Assembly: GCA_043753995.1 (NCBI GenBank)
Contig: JAYUVP010000077.1
Span: 55 to 64,054 of the forward strand
Direction of reading: 5' to 3'
DNA from: Fibrobacterota bacterium
Lineage (GTDB): Bacteria; Fibrobacterota; Fibrobacteria; UBA11236
DNA: 64,000 bases
Shown one piece after another: positions 46,920 through 56,199 of this stretch. How positions within the stretch are numbered: the first letter of the stretch is position 1; each line of letters begins with the position of its first letter. The position numbers were made by a program, and so were the translations under genes. The notes beneath the pieces were generated by a model. The model saw nothing but the letters and a program-made list of their open reading frames with translations, ran no database searches and was not told where the DNA came from.

Positions 46920-47542
46920 GGCAAGGCTCCTGCATTGATCCAGTTCTTAATCAATTCAATCTTATCGGCTTTAAGTGGGGCCCGTAATTGCGGCATTCGA
47001 ACCCCATCACCCGGAGGTTCTGCCATAGAAATTTTCAAATACATAAAGCTACTGTCCGCCTTACCTGGGACCACTCGCATGTAATTGGCAGTCTTGCTTC
47101 CCGTGGACCGTACATTTACCAAGTTGACATAGGCGGAATCGGGTATCAAAAACAATTTTGTCGAGGCTGCCGTACCGGTTGACTTGTGACATTCTTCACA
47201 GCTCGTTGTTATAATAGGCAGTATGTCTTTCGCGAAACTCGGCCCGGTCGGTGGAGTGCACCGGGCTGGTTTCACCGGAAGGGTGCAGGAATCGACGGCC
47301 ACCGTTGTGCATCTCGCGGGTTTGGTGGCCAAGGTGCAGGAATCGACAAGAACAATGCAACGGGCTGGTTTCACAGGCAGGGTGCAAGAATCCACAGGTG
47401 TCACCACCACTATAAGTGGTGCGCCATATTCATCAACTCCTATGCCGTCGCCCACCTTCATGCAAGCTACAAGACCTACTCCAATGATGAAGGACAAGGC
47501 CATCAGGACAATGGGCAATGCGCTCGTAGTATTGTTTTTCAC
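46916..47542 (-). CDS. PSCyt1-type (planctomycete-type) c-type cytochrome with three internal 16-17-aa repeats
   Basis: ILPIITTSCEECHKS ... VVPGKADSSFMYLKI ... LIKNWINAGA matches the PSCyt1 pattern. Repeats DSCTL(P/A)(V/T)KPARC occur three times. Confidence 0.55.
   Translation of the reverse strand: MKNNTTSALPIVLMALSFIIGVGLVACMKVGDGIGVDEYGAPLIVVVTPVDSCTLPVKPARCIVLVDSCTLATKPARCTTVAVDSCTLPVKPARCTPPTGPSFAKDILPIITTSCEECHKSTGTAASTKLFLIPDSAYVNLVNVRSTGSKTANYMRVVPGKADSSFMYLKISMAEPPGDGVRMPQLRAPLKADKIELIKNWINAGALP
47259..47395. repeat. three imperfect in-frame tandem repeats of about 48-51 bp inside the PSCyt1 cytochrome gene
   Basis: Units at 47259-47297, 47298-47347 and 47348-47395 share ggctggtttcac(c/a)gg(a/c)agggtgca(g/a)gaatc(g/c)ac. 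Each encodes VDSCTLPVKPARC-like peptides on the minus strand. Confidence 0.6.
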
Positions 47543-48492
47543 GGCGTCACCTCGGTGTTTTCAATGAATAGCCTTACAAGGAGGCTTCTGGGCTTTACCA
47601 GAGAATGCACATAATGCGCGAGCGCCCATTTTCGGCGTTCGGCCACAGCATTTTGCTGTTCCTCCCGCATGCGTGCGATGTCGGCGGAAGTGGGCTGAGC
47701 TCTTAACCAGGAACGCAATCGTTCGATTTCTTTTTCGCCATAAACTTCTTTCAACTTCATCGGATCCACTACGGCATCGCTGCCAATCAGAAAATCAGCA
47801 TGGGCATAGGCAGCCATCGGAGTGCCATTGAGTCCCGTGCTGAAAGTTCGATAAATCGATTTGGCATCATTTCCCGCACGGTAGCGTGCCTGGGTCATAT
47901 CGCGAGGAAGAATGGGGTGCCCCCAATCGTCCGTTAATGTTTTAGCGGTTTTCCCGTCGCCTTTTCCGGTACCGCCATGGCAAGACCAGCATTCCAATTT
48001 CATATAAACCATATGACCCTCTTGAATGGAAAGAGCTGTCGCAGGGGGAGCTTCGGGTATCCCCAAGGGTACGGGTGTCTCTTCAGCAAAGTCAGGCGAC
48101 AAAGACTTTATATAAGCCACGACATCGACTTTTTCTTGTTCGCTCAGCAAGTTCGCCCAAGCTGGCATTTGGGTGCCGGGAATGCCGAGATTCACCATGG
48201 CGAGCAAGTCGGCATCGGTCGGTAATTCTCCGCTGGCCGTGGTACGGAATTTGTAGACACCGGTGGTGAAATCCCGCGGCAAGGGCTTGAGATTCACTCC
48301 TGCGCTTCCTTGGCCATTTCCGAGATTGCCATGGCAGGCAGCGCAAGCTTTCAGATAAACCGGCAAACCGCGCGTCGCGGAGGCCGGAGCCAGCGGCTTC
48401 TGGACCTTGGGCGCGTCGCCCGCGAATGCCGCTGCGCCTAAGAAACAACCCAGGGTTGTCCAGGAGGCGATTGGCGAAAGACGAAATATCAC
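47539..48492 (-). CDS. membrane-anchored diheme c-type cytochrome
   Basis: CAACH and CWSCH motifs. Paralogous to the N-terminal part of the 49202-50716 protein. Confidence 0.7.
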   Translation of the reverse strand: MIFRLSPIASWTTLGCFLGAAAFAGDAPKVQKPLAPASATRGLPVYLKACAACHGNLGNGQGSAGVNLKPLPRDFTTGVYKFRTTASGELPTDADLLAMVNLGIPGTQMPAWANLLSEQEKVDVVAYIKSLSPDFAEETPVPLGIPEAPPATALSIQEGHMVYMKLECWSCHGGTGKGDGKTAKTLTDDWGHPILPRDMTQARYRAGNDAKSIYRTFSTGLNGTPMAAYAHADFLIGSDAVVDPMKLKEVYGEKEIERLRSWLRAQPTSADIARMREEQQNAVAERRKWALAHYVHSLVKPRSLLVRLFIENTEVTP

Positions 48493-48703
48493 CGTTCACT
48501 CCAGATCTCCTTCACGGCTCATTCCGCAAAGGCTCTCTGAAATGGTTTCTCAAAGGTTGTGCCAATAAAAGACTGGCATTCTGAAAGAATTTCGCCATGC
48601 TTGCAGCCCGCATGGCGTTTTTTCAGACAAAACGTCTTGGTCTTTGCCAGGTTGTCAGACTGATTCACCCATTTCCCTAGCGGGGCATGCCAAGGGTGAC
48701 AAA

Positions 48704-48736
48704 CAAAAAACGCCGTCTCCTTTTCGGGCGGCGTCT
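48704..48736 (-). terminator. rho-independent terminator downstream of the 48794-49174 cytochrome gene
   Basis: Minus-strand hairpin ACGCCG-N13-CGGCGT followed by TTTTTT (plus-strand aaaaaacgccgtctccttttcgggcggcgt). Confidence 0.5.
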
Positions 48737-48793
48737 TTCTTTAACCGTTTAAAGGCAAAAGCCATCGTTTCGGCAAAATTCGAAATGACTTTC

Positions 48794-49174
48794 TTATTCC
48801 TTCATGCCTTTATGTCGAGGAGCCAGAGTCCCTACATAGGCGGCGACATCCTTGATTTGATCGGGTGTCAAGGTGGCAACCTTCTTTTGCATGTCTACCG
48901 AAGTTTCAGTAGCGCGCTTTTTACTCGCGATGGCGGCAATTTGCTCGGCAGCATAGGCCGGGTCCAAGCCCGCGATTTGGGGTCCCTTTTGTTTATCCAA
49001 GGCATCTGGCTTAGCCTTACCCATGGCATCGGGATTGTGACAGGCGGCACAACCGGTTTTTTTGTAAACCTTAGCACCCTTGGTGACATCGCCGTCCGCA
49101 TGAACCGAGGCAGTCCAAGCGCCGATAAGCATGATAGCTGTGACAATGATTCTCGTTTTCATAGGTTTTCTCAT
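48794..49174 (-). CDS. class I c-type cytochrome
   Basis: CAACH motif. Signal peptide from MKTRIIVTAIML. Confidence 0.7.
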   Translation of the reverse strand: MRKPMKTRIIVTAIMLIGAWTASVHADGDVTKGAKVYKKTGCAACHNPDAMGKAKPDALDKQKGPQIAGLDPAYAAEQIAAIASKKRATETSVDMQKKVATLTPDQIKDVAAYVGTLAPRHKGMKE

Positions 49175-49201
49175 AGGTAACCTTTCCGTTACAGTTTAGC
49201 T

Positions 49202-50716
49202 TTAAGAATTTCGGCGTAAGGTATGACGAAGGCCCCATACCACTAAAAGCTGAATCACCATGGCCAATGCTCCCGCCTTGGCGGTTGGCACCCATGGTGA
49301 TTCGGTGGCGGGAGCTTGTAGATAAAGATTATACCAGGACGTCACACCATGTTTGCGGCCCGTTTCTTTCAAGGAACCGTCCCATACCGAAAAGGCCATG
49401 GGAATAAAGGTTTCCCGCGCAAAACGCTCGCCGGTCTTTCCCTTGCGTGCATGCGTCAAAATCAAGGTCCATTCCCCTTGGTGATAGTTCGCGGCTATAG
49501 GCAAGGTATCGTCGCCTGCGCGAAAATCATTCGAGCCTTTCGCGATGAAATTACGAATGAAGCCCGAAGGCCCGCCACTCTGAGTTTGCGCCAAATCGAC
49601 AAACCACAAATCCGCAGCCAATTTTTTATCACCCATGAGGAAAAAAGGCTTGGCATTGCCCTCTATAGGCTTGGCTGCGAATTGCATGGCCACAGCATCA
49701 CTAATAGCTGTCGTGGTATCCACGGCAAGAGGAATGGGAGAATTGTTTCCCTGGGTTTCCGCCGTCATATCATGCCATTTCAGTTGAAAGGCAATGGTTA
49801 GACTGTCATAGACAGCCCGCACCTGAATGGCATTCACACCCGAAGCATAGCAGCGAGGATCTTCCAATACCTGGCCCACGACGGGGAATAAACTGGCGGT
49901 GGCTTCGACGAATAGAGAATCGCGCTGAGCCCAATCGATTTTGGCCACTGGCTTAGCAACAACGGTGATGGAATAGGGCGCCTGCGATCCCGTTGGGGAA
50001 AGCGACTGGAGGTAATCGATTAATTTCCAGCGATCCTCCACTGGAATATCTTTGGCGAAAGAAGCCATGGGGGTGCCATTGAGTCCAGTGGAAATAGTTC
50101 GGAAAAGATCTTCTCGCGAAGCGCCGCCGCGAAAAGCCCAGGGTTTATTGAGATTGGCCGGTCGAATGGGATATCCCCAATCGTCACTGAGGGTGGGAGC
50201 AGTTTCGCCATCCCCGCGCCCTTGTTGTCCATGGCAATCGAAGCATTTATTGGCCTCGAAAATTTTACGGCCCTCAGCCAAATTTGCGGAATTGAATTCA
50301 GGAATCTTGGGAATGACCAAGTGTTCGGCATGCACCGAAGTGTCGGCAAAATCCGAAGAGAAAGATTGTAAATAGGTCACAATATCTTCTACTTCATCGT
50401 CGGAAAATTGCGGCCAAGCCGGCATACCCGTATAAGGCATACCTTTCCGTATCACTCGCTTTAAATCTTCTCGCGTCGGCAATTCACCGCTGGGCGTGCT
50501 ATGAATCTTGTATATCCCCAGAGTGAAATCACGGGGCAAGGGCCGGAATCCGTCTGCGCCCACGCCTTTGCCGTCGCCGGTCTCACCATGGCATTGCGAG
50601 CACTTGCTATCATAAATCGCTTTGCCTCGATCCGATGGCGTGCCTTTCTGGGCTTGCACCAGTGACGTCGTGCCTACAATTCCAACGAAAAGCGAGAGGA
50701 AGGTTGCGATTTTCAT
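49202..50716 (-). CDS. diheme c-type cytochrome fused to a C-terminal EB_dh-like (heme-b-type) domain, with C-terminal TM anchor
   Basis: CSQCH and CFDCH motifs. About 250-aa C-terminal domain. Terminal hydrophobic helix. Confidence 0.55.
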   Translation of the reverse strand: MKIATFLSLFVGIVGTTSLVQAQKGTPSDRGKAIYDSKCSQCHGETGDGKGVGADGFRPLPRDFTLGIYKIHSTPSGELPTREDLKRVIRKGMPYTGMPAWPQFSDDEVEDIVTYLQSFSSDFADTSVHAEHLVIPKIPEFNSANLAEGRKIFEANKCFDCHGQQGRGDGETAPTLSDDWGYPIRPANLNKPWAFRGGASREDLFRTISTGLNGTPMASFAKDIPVEDRWKLIDYLQSLSPTGSQAPYSITVVAKPVAKIDWAQRDSLFVEATASLFPVVGQVLEDPRCYASGVNAIQVRAVYDSLTIAFQLKWHDMTAETQGNNSPIPLAVDTTTAISDAVAMQFAAKPIEGNAKPFFLMGDKKLAADLWFVDLAQTQSGGPSGFIRNFIAKGSNDFRAGDDTLPIAANYHQGEWTLILTHARKGKTGERFARETFIPMAFSVWDGSLKETGRKHGVTSWYNLYLQAPATESPWVPTAKAGALAMVIQLLVVWGLRHTLRRNS

Positions 50717-51525
50717 TCCACCTCCTCCATGGCACGCGGCTTTAAGCCGGTATAGTCATACAGAAAAAGAATGACATCCCACATTTCTCCTTCACTCAAT
50801 TTGTCTTCCCATGCCGGCATAGCGCTATTCCAAGGCGTGCTCTCATCGGGCAAGCCGGGACCTCCTTTGGCGATGCGCCAAAGCAAATAGGATTCCGTCA
50901 GCATGCCGATGGTGGCCGGATCATTCAAGTTAGCGGGAATGGGATCGAAACCATGGCCATGCAGACCATCGCCTCGTAAATCATCGCCGTGACAGAAAAC
51001 ACAATTGCGATAATAAACGCCACGGCCATTCTCCACATGCTTTGAGAAAGCGCCTTTGTCCTTGCTTTCCAATTCACGATAGGGATTGTGATCGCGCATA
51101 ATATCGATTTTATGTCCCCGCACTGTAATTTCTTGCGGTGGGGCAGGATGGATGGTGCGCCCGGCAGCAGGCGGTACAATTTCCGCCGTTTTTTGCTCAT
51201 ACACCGACCAAGCCTGAGAGGCAGGGAATAAAAGCAATAGGAAGACGAGAAGGGGAATCCACCGCTTTTCCAATAAAAGGGAAGCCATGCCTTGTTTGCT
51301 GCTTTGCGCCCGTGCTTTGTCCGAGGCGGCATAGAGCAATAAAGCGACCGTGAGAACGCCCATATACATGCCGCGTATCGAAGCCGGAATCGGAGGCACT
51401 ACGCCCCATTTGATCATCACCAAAAAGCCAATCCAGAAGGCCGCCAGCCATATCAAAATATTGGCACGGGTAAATCGCAATGCGAAGAGGCCAAGGCTTA
51501 CGCCTCCGATGACCCATAAATTCAT
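50713..51525 (-). CDS. polytopic membrane protein with C-terminal c-type cytochrome domain
   Basis: About 4 N-terminal TM helices, then CVFCH. Confidence 0.55.
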   Translation of the reverse strand: MNLWVIGGVSLGLFALRFTRANILIWLAAFWIGFLVMIKWGVVPPIPASIRGMYMGVLTVALLLYAASDKARAQSSKQGMASLLLEKRWIPLLVFLLLLFPASQAWSVYEQKTAEIVPPAAGRTIHPAPPQEITVRGHKIDIMRDHNPYRELESKDKGAFSKHVENGRGVYYRNCVFCHGDDLRGDGLHGHGFDPIPANLNDPATIGMLTESYLLWRIAKGGPGLPDESTPWNSAMPAWEDKLSEGEMWDVILFLYDYTGLKPRAMEEVE

Positions 51526-51532
51526 GCGTACC

Positions 51533-52033
51533 TCATGGCTTGGCCCCGCTCAAGGACGCGGTCTGGTATTTCAATTGGGTTTTCATATTGACGGTCGCAC
51601 TTCCACCCAAACTCTGCAAATAGGCGATGACGCAAAGAATTTCTGCATCGCTGAGCCCAACGGGTGGCTTATTGATGGTGGGCATACCTGCACTAAAGCC
51701 CGACACGAGAAAAATATTGGGCTCATAAAGGCTTTCCGCCAAATAATCCACATCACTATAACCCGGCTTGCGATGCTTGGCCGTCTCTCCCACACCCGCC
51801 AAATCTGGAAAACGTAAGGATCCGGAGGCGCCGAGAGTGTGGCATGCCATGCAGGTTCCCTTGCCTCCGACGATTTCTTGTCCGGCCGCCACCATTTCCT
51901 CAACACCCATGTCGGGATTCAGTACGCGCTCTTTAGGAGGATGCACTTCGGCTTGTGGCACCATATGCCCGACATAGGTGTAAAAAGCGGTGACCAGTAA
52001 GGTGAATAAAGCGAGTTGAATAGCGTTTTTCAT
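51533..52033 (-). CDS. membrane-anchored c-type cytochrome
   Basis: N-terminal TM. CMACH motif. Confidence 0.65.
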   Translation of the reverse strand: MKNAIQLALFTLLVTAFYTYVGHMVPQAEVHPPKERVLNPDMGVEEMVAAGQEIVGGKGTCMACHTLGASGSLRFPDLAGVGETAKHRKPGYSDVDYLAESLYEPNIFLVSGFSAGMPTINKPPVGLSDAEILCVIAYLQSLGGSATVNMKTQLKYQTASLSGAKP

Positions 52034-54069
52034 TTGTGGCCATGCTTGGGCGAATGCGAATGTTTACCGCTAAGGCTGGAAAGCCAGAACACGATGGCAA
52101 TGATGGCGAAAAAGATGAGCACGGTCACGGAAACAACATTGGCTGCATAGCCCAAAGTCGGGGTGAAGGCCTCGGGGGAGGTGTCCTTCATGACGCCGTA
52201 AACGTGCCAATGCTGACGAATGCCGGAGCGCACATAGCCCATCAAACCCATGAGCCATGTGAAACTGATGGCGATCAAGAAAAGGGCGTATTGTGCAATC
52301 GCCGGCATTTTCCCCCATCGTATTTCGCCGGTTACCTTGGCTCGCTTAAACATAAAGACATCAATTATCGTGACGGAAATCATGGCGAATAAAACCGCGA
52401 AGACCTGGGGCACGGAAAGCTTGATACGCACCGCGGCCTCGACGAAATAGCCATAGACACCGAGGGCGATAACCCAAAGCGTGGTGACAGAGAAAATCAG
52501 GAATTGAATGCGATCGCCGAGTTTCGCCCAGGAGACCGTAGCTTGAATATTACCTCGACGATAAAGCAGAAAGCTGATATAGGTGGTGAGGATGAGGATA
52601 TTCACCGCCGTGTTTTTGGCCGACATCACTCCTAATACGCCCAGCATGGGATGATGTGCGCCACCCATTTTACGGGCCTCTTCCACCGTGGCCACCAGGC
52701 TATGCGGAGTCGCCCAAACCAAAAAGCAAATTGTGATCACACCCAGCAAGTATTTAATGAAAGGCTGAAAACGCTCCGCTCCCTGGATGCGCCCCATACC
52801 CAGCCACAAATAAAAGTTGGCGCCGAGAAAAAGCACGCCGATGAGTATGGCTTGAATGATGAAGAGCCAGGAAAAGGCTCCGCCCATGAGGGTCATGCCC
52901 ATATTTTGGGAATAGGCATACATCTCCTTGCCAAGCCAATAGCCCGCAAAGGGAAGCGGTAGAAAGGAAGCGATGGCGACGAAATTGCCGATATAGCCCA
53001 TCCAATCGTAGTGAGCCTTTTCTGCTTCGGTTTTGGCGCCCAAAAATTTGAAGGCTGCATAGGCGGAGGCAATGGATCCACCGAAGGCGACATTGGCTAT
53101 CATGCGATGCACATTGATAGGCATCCAAATGAAGTTGTGAATGGCATCCCAACGGCTCACCAAGGCGCCGGATTCGGTAACGCCATTGGGTGACATCATA
53201 AAGGTGAGCCAGGCATCGGCGATGAACATGATGCCCAAACCGACGACATTCAGGCCGAGACCAAGCATCAAATGCACGCCTGGCCGAAATTTTCCCCAGC
53301 CATAGTAATAGCTGTAGAGAAAAATCGCTTCCAGGAAAAACAAACCGACATAAGGGAGAAAGGTCATATCGAAAATACCGACCAAATAATTCATGACCTT
53401 GGGATAAAGGAGAAAAAGCAGGAAGGTGAGGCCGGCGCCTAGTGAAGCGGTGAAGGAAAAACTTGTCGATAATAGCTTGGTGAATTCATAGGCGAGATCG
53501 TCGTAACGCGTGTCCTTGGTGCGATAGCCGATGAATTCAATGATCAGGGCAAATAGAGGTACGGCCAAAACAAAGGCGGCAAACATCAAATGCAATTGCG
53601 CGAATATCCATACGATGACGCGGCTATTGATTCCAGGTAGTTTCCGATATTCCGGCGTTTCTCCAGGTGCGGTGCCGGCGATGATCTTGGGTGGCTCTTC
53701 GCCCGGTTTAGGCTTATGCGCTTCCAGGATCCAAGTAACGATGACGCGAATATCTTCGTCCGAAAGGGTCGGATGGGGAATCATGGGCATGGAGCCCCAG
53801 GCCCCGCCACCCCCCTCTTTCACTTTTTTGCACAAGGCAGGAATATCCGCCGTGACGTATTTGCCCGCGATAGCTTTGAAGGAAGGACCTACGAGTTGCT
53901 TATCGGCGGTATGACAGGCAATGCAATCGCTTTTCTGCATAGCGGGTGGAGGAGGAAGCAACCCAGGCTCGGCAAAGCCCGGTCCCGCTAAGACCAGAAC
54001 AAGGAGCCAAAACAAGACACCGGCGTAAGCATGCACTCCAAAGCTGCGGCGAATAAAACTCATTGCCAA
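52030..54069 (-). CDS. c-type cytochrome domain fused to a cytochrome bd-type oxidase subunit I (CydA)-like membrane protein
   Basis: N-terminal CIACH. The membrane part aligns by eye with E. coli CydA at helix 1 (QLHLMF vs MYHF), FLEAIFLYSYYYGW vs FLESTFVGLFFFGW, and HLMLG..W..MMSPNG vs HMCV..W..MQNP. Confidence 0.6.
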   Translation of the reverse strand: MAMSFIRRSFGVHAYAGVLFWLLVLVLAGPGFAEPGLLPPPPAMQKSDCIACHTADKQLVGPSFKAIAGKYVTADIPALCKKVKEGGGGAWGSMPMIPHPTLSDEDIRVIVTWILEAHKPKPGEEPPKIIAGTAPGETPEYRKLPGINSRVIVWIFAQLHLMFAAFVLAVPLFALIIEFIGYRTKDTRYDDLAYEFTKLLSTSFSFTASLGAGLTFLLFLLYPKVMNYLVGIFDMTFLPYVGLFFLEAIFLYSYYYGWGKFRPGVHLMLGLGLNVVGLGIMFIADAWLTFMMSPNGVTESGALVSRWDAIHNFIWMPINVHRMIANVAFGGSIASAYAAFKFLGAKTEAEKAHYDWMGYIGNFVAIASFLPLPFAGYWLGKEMYAYSQNMGMTLMGGAFSWLFIIQAILIGVLFLGANFYLWLGMGRIQGAERFQPFIKYLLGVITICFLVWATPHSLVATVEEARKMGGAHHPMLGVLGVMSAKNTAVNILILTTYISFLLYRRGNIQATVSWAKLGDRIQFLIFSVTTLWVIALGVYGYFVEAAVRIKLSVPQVFAVLFAMISVTIIDVFMFKRAKVTGEIRWGKMPAIAQYALFLIAISFTWLMGLMGYVRSGIRQHWHVYGVMKDTSPEAFTPTLGYAANVVSVTVLIFFAIIAIVFWLSSLSGKHSHSPKHGHK

Positions 54070-54385
54070 TTTGTCCTCTCCCGCCCAGGGAAGTTGCGCC
54101 TTGCCCAGTGGCCAACAGCTTTATGACCTTAGCCATGGAATTTGATTTGCAAGAAGCGGGCCACGGACAAAAGAGGAAAGAAGGCAATGAGCCCATGACT
54201 AAAATTTCCCGTCAGCCCTATATTAGGGAGGGGATCGTAACGTTTATGTTACGATCGGCACTTAGCAATAGGCTCACGATCTTGATTTCGCATGCCGTCT
54301 TTTCTGCCAGGATGTCATCCCTTTATGCCATTACTGACAACGACTCCAGGGAATCCTGAGGGTAAGCCTACCCTAAGGGCAGCCT

Positions 54386-56167
54386 TTACCAGGGATAAAA
54401 TGACGCAAGCATGCCCATCGGGAATAAGTCATCCGGCTCTTCTCCGCTTTCCACGGATTCCAAGGCAATAAAACCGTCCGTGCCAGCCAAGGCCGAAAAA
54501 TCGCCCGAGCCCTGATTGGCCACTGGCGTCGCCCATAAGCGTCCATCGCTGTCACGGCGAATACGGCAAGGCAGCATGGTGGTGAAATTTTTAGGCCCTC
54601 GGTTCCAGGGAATTTCCAAAGCAGCCATTTCCGGGGTTTCGGGAGGCAGGCCTGCGCCGCGACGCAAAACCGGTAAGACGAAGCGACGAAAGCAAAACAA
54701 AACCGGCACGGGATTGCCAGGCAAGCCGAAAACCTGTCGCCCGGCCAGGCCAACCGACGTCGCATCGGTGATACCGTACCACAAAGGTTTACCTGGTTTC
54801 TGCTTCACCTTGTGAAAAACTTCGCGTACCCCGATGGCCGCCATGGCCTCAGGCACCAAATCCAGTTCGCCCATGGAAACCCCACCCGTGACGAGAAGCA
54901 CATCGCCCTCTTCCAAAGCCCGGCTTAGGCCTTCACGTAGCTTGTCAGGTTGATCGGGACAATGAATCCAGGCCACCGTTTCGGCTACCCCTTGCAAGGC
55001 CGCCATCAAGGCCGGGCCATTGCTCTGACGCACTTGATGCGATAAAGGCCGCTTGTCCACGGGCACGAGTTCATCGCCGGTGGTCACCACGGCCACGCGA
55101 GGGCGGCGAAAGACCTTGAGCTGGGTGCAACCCAAGGATGCCGCCACGCCGATTTCCGAGGCGCGCAAGAGAGTCCCCGCCTCCAGGACCCTATCCCCTT
55201 GGCGCTTGTCTTTGCCACGGGGATGAACATTTTTTCCGGCAGCGACCATTAGATCTTGCGGCAGAATAGCCAAGACGCGCCCGGGATGGGCTCCTGCCTC
55301 GGCTAAGTCTCCGCCCCGCAAATCGACATCTTCGATGCGTATCACTCGATCGCAACCCTCAGGAAGGATGGCCCCCGTCATCACGGTCATACACTCGTCG
55401 TCAGTGCTGAGGATTTTTTGCGGTTCGCCTGCGCGTTGGGCGCCCTGCACGCGAAAAGATCGCCTTCCGCTTTCCCAGGCTTGACCGGACACCGCAATGC
55501 CGTCCATGGACACCCGATCATAAGGTGGCCAATCGCGATCGGCATGCAAGTTGGCGGCCAAGACTCGACCCACGGCTTGATCCAGAGTCACATCCACGAT
55601 ACCGTAATGCCGCAGTGACCTGGCTATCAAGCCTTCCGCTTCACTAGCGGTGATAAAATGCGCGGGATTCCCTGGGGAGGCCTGACGCCAAGCCAGCCAA
55701 TCGCCGGAAGGTATAGGCACTAGGCCAGCCACCGGGCGCTGGTACAAATAGCAGAGAGCCCTTTGCATGATGCCGGGGCCCTGCCCCTCGGCTTCTCCGC
55801 CACCCATTACCCAGATTTCGACAGGAGCAAATTCGGCAGCCTGGGGACGGCGCGCATCAAAATCCTCATACGCATTCAAAACCGATAGGACCCGTTTCTC
55901 ATCGCTTAGCTCCAAAAGCCGTCCAAAGACCTGGGCATGGGCCTCAAATACAGGGGGTGCGCCCCCATGCAGCGATTGGGTCGTGGCCTGGGCCACGGCC
56001 GCAGGATAGGCTCCCAAACTGAAAAGCGAGCCTGCAAAGCTTGCTGGCCCCAAATCCCGCGTGTATTTGCACAGGACCTCGTCCACTTCGGGATTGCCGG
56101 TGCTATGTAATAAGGTGCCATAAACGAAAAGCCGGGGTGCTTGCATGCTGCTTCTCCTGGCTCTCAA
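54386..56167 (-). CDS. moeA: molybdopterin molybdotransferase MoeA with N-terminal gamma-glutamylcyclotransferase/AIG2-like domain
   Basis: C-terminal about 400 aa have MoeA motifs (VAVVTTGDEL, LVTGGVSMGE). N-terminal about 190 aa begin PRLFVYGTL (AIG2/GGCT signature). Confidence 0.65.
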   Translation of the reverse strand: MRARRSSMQAPRLFVYGTLLHSTGNPEVDEVLCKYTRDLGPASFAGSLFSLGAYPAAVAQATTQSLHGGAPPVFEAHAQVFGRLLELSDEKRVLSVLNAYEDFDARRPQAAEFAPVEIWVMGGGEAEGQGPGIMQRALCYLYQRPVAGLVPIPSGDWLAWRQASPGNPAHFITASEAEGLIARSLRHYGIVDVTLDQAVGRVLAANLHADRDWPPYDRVSMDGIAVSGQAWESGRRSFRVQGAQRAGEPQKILSTDDECMTVMTGAILPEGCDRVIRIEDVDLRGGDLAEAGAHPGRVLAILPQDLMVAAGKNVHPRGKDKRQGDRVLEAGTLLRASEIGVAASLGCTQLKVFRRPRVAVVTTGDELVPVDKRPLSHQVRQSNGPALMAALQGVAETVAWIHCPDQPDKLREGLSRALEEGDVLLVTGGVSMGELDLVPEAMAAIGVREVFHKVKQKPGKPLWYGITDATSVGLAGRQVFGLPGNPVPVLFCFRRFVLPVLRRGAGLPPETPEMAALEIPWNRGPKNFTTMLPCRIRRDSDGRLWATPVANQGSGDFSALAGTDGFIALESVESGEEPDDLFPMGMLASFYPW

Positions 56168-56199
56168 GTTAACTTTGAGCCCCTATCCCTAGGACACTT

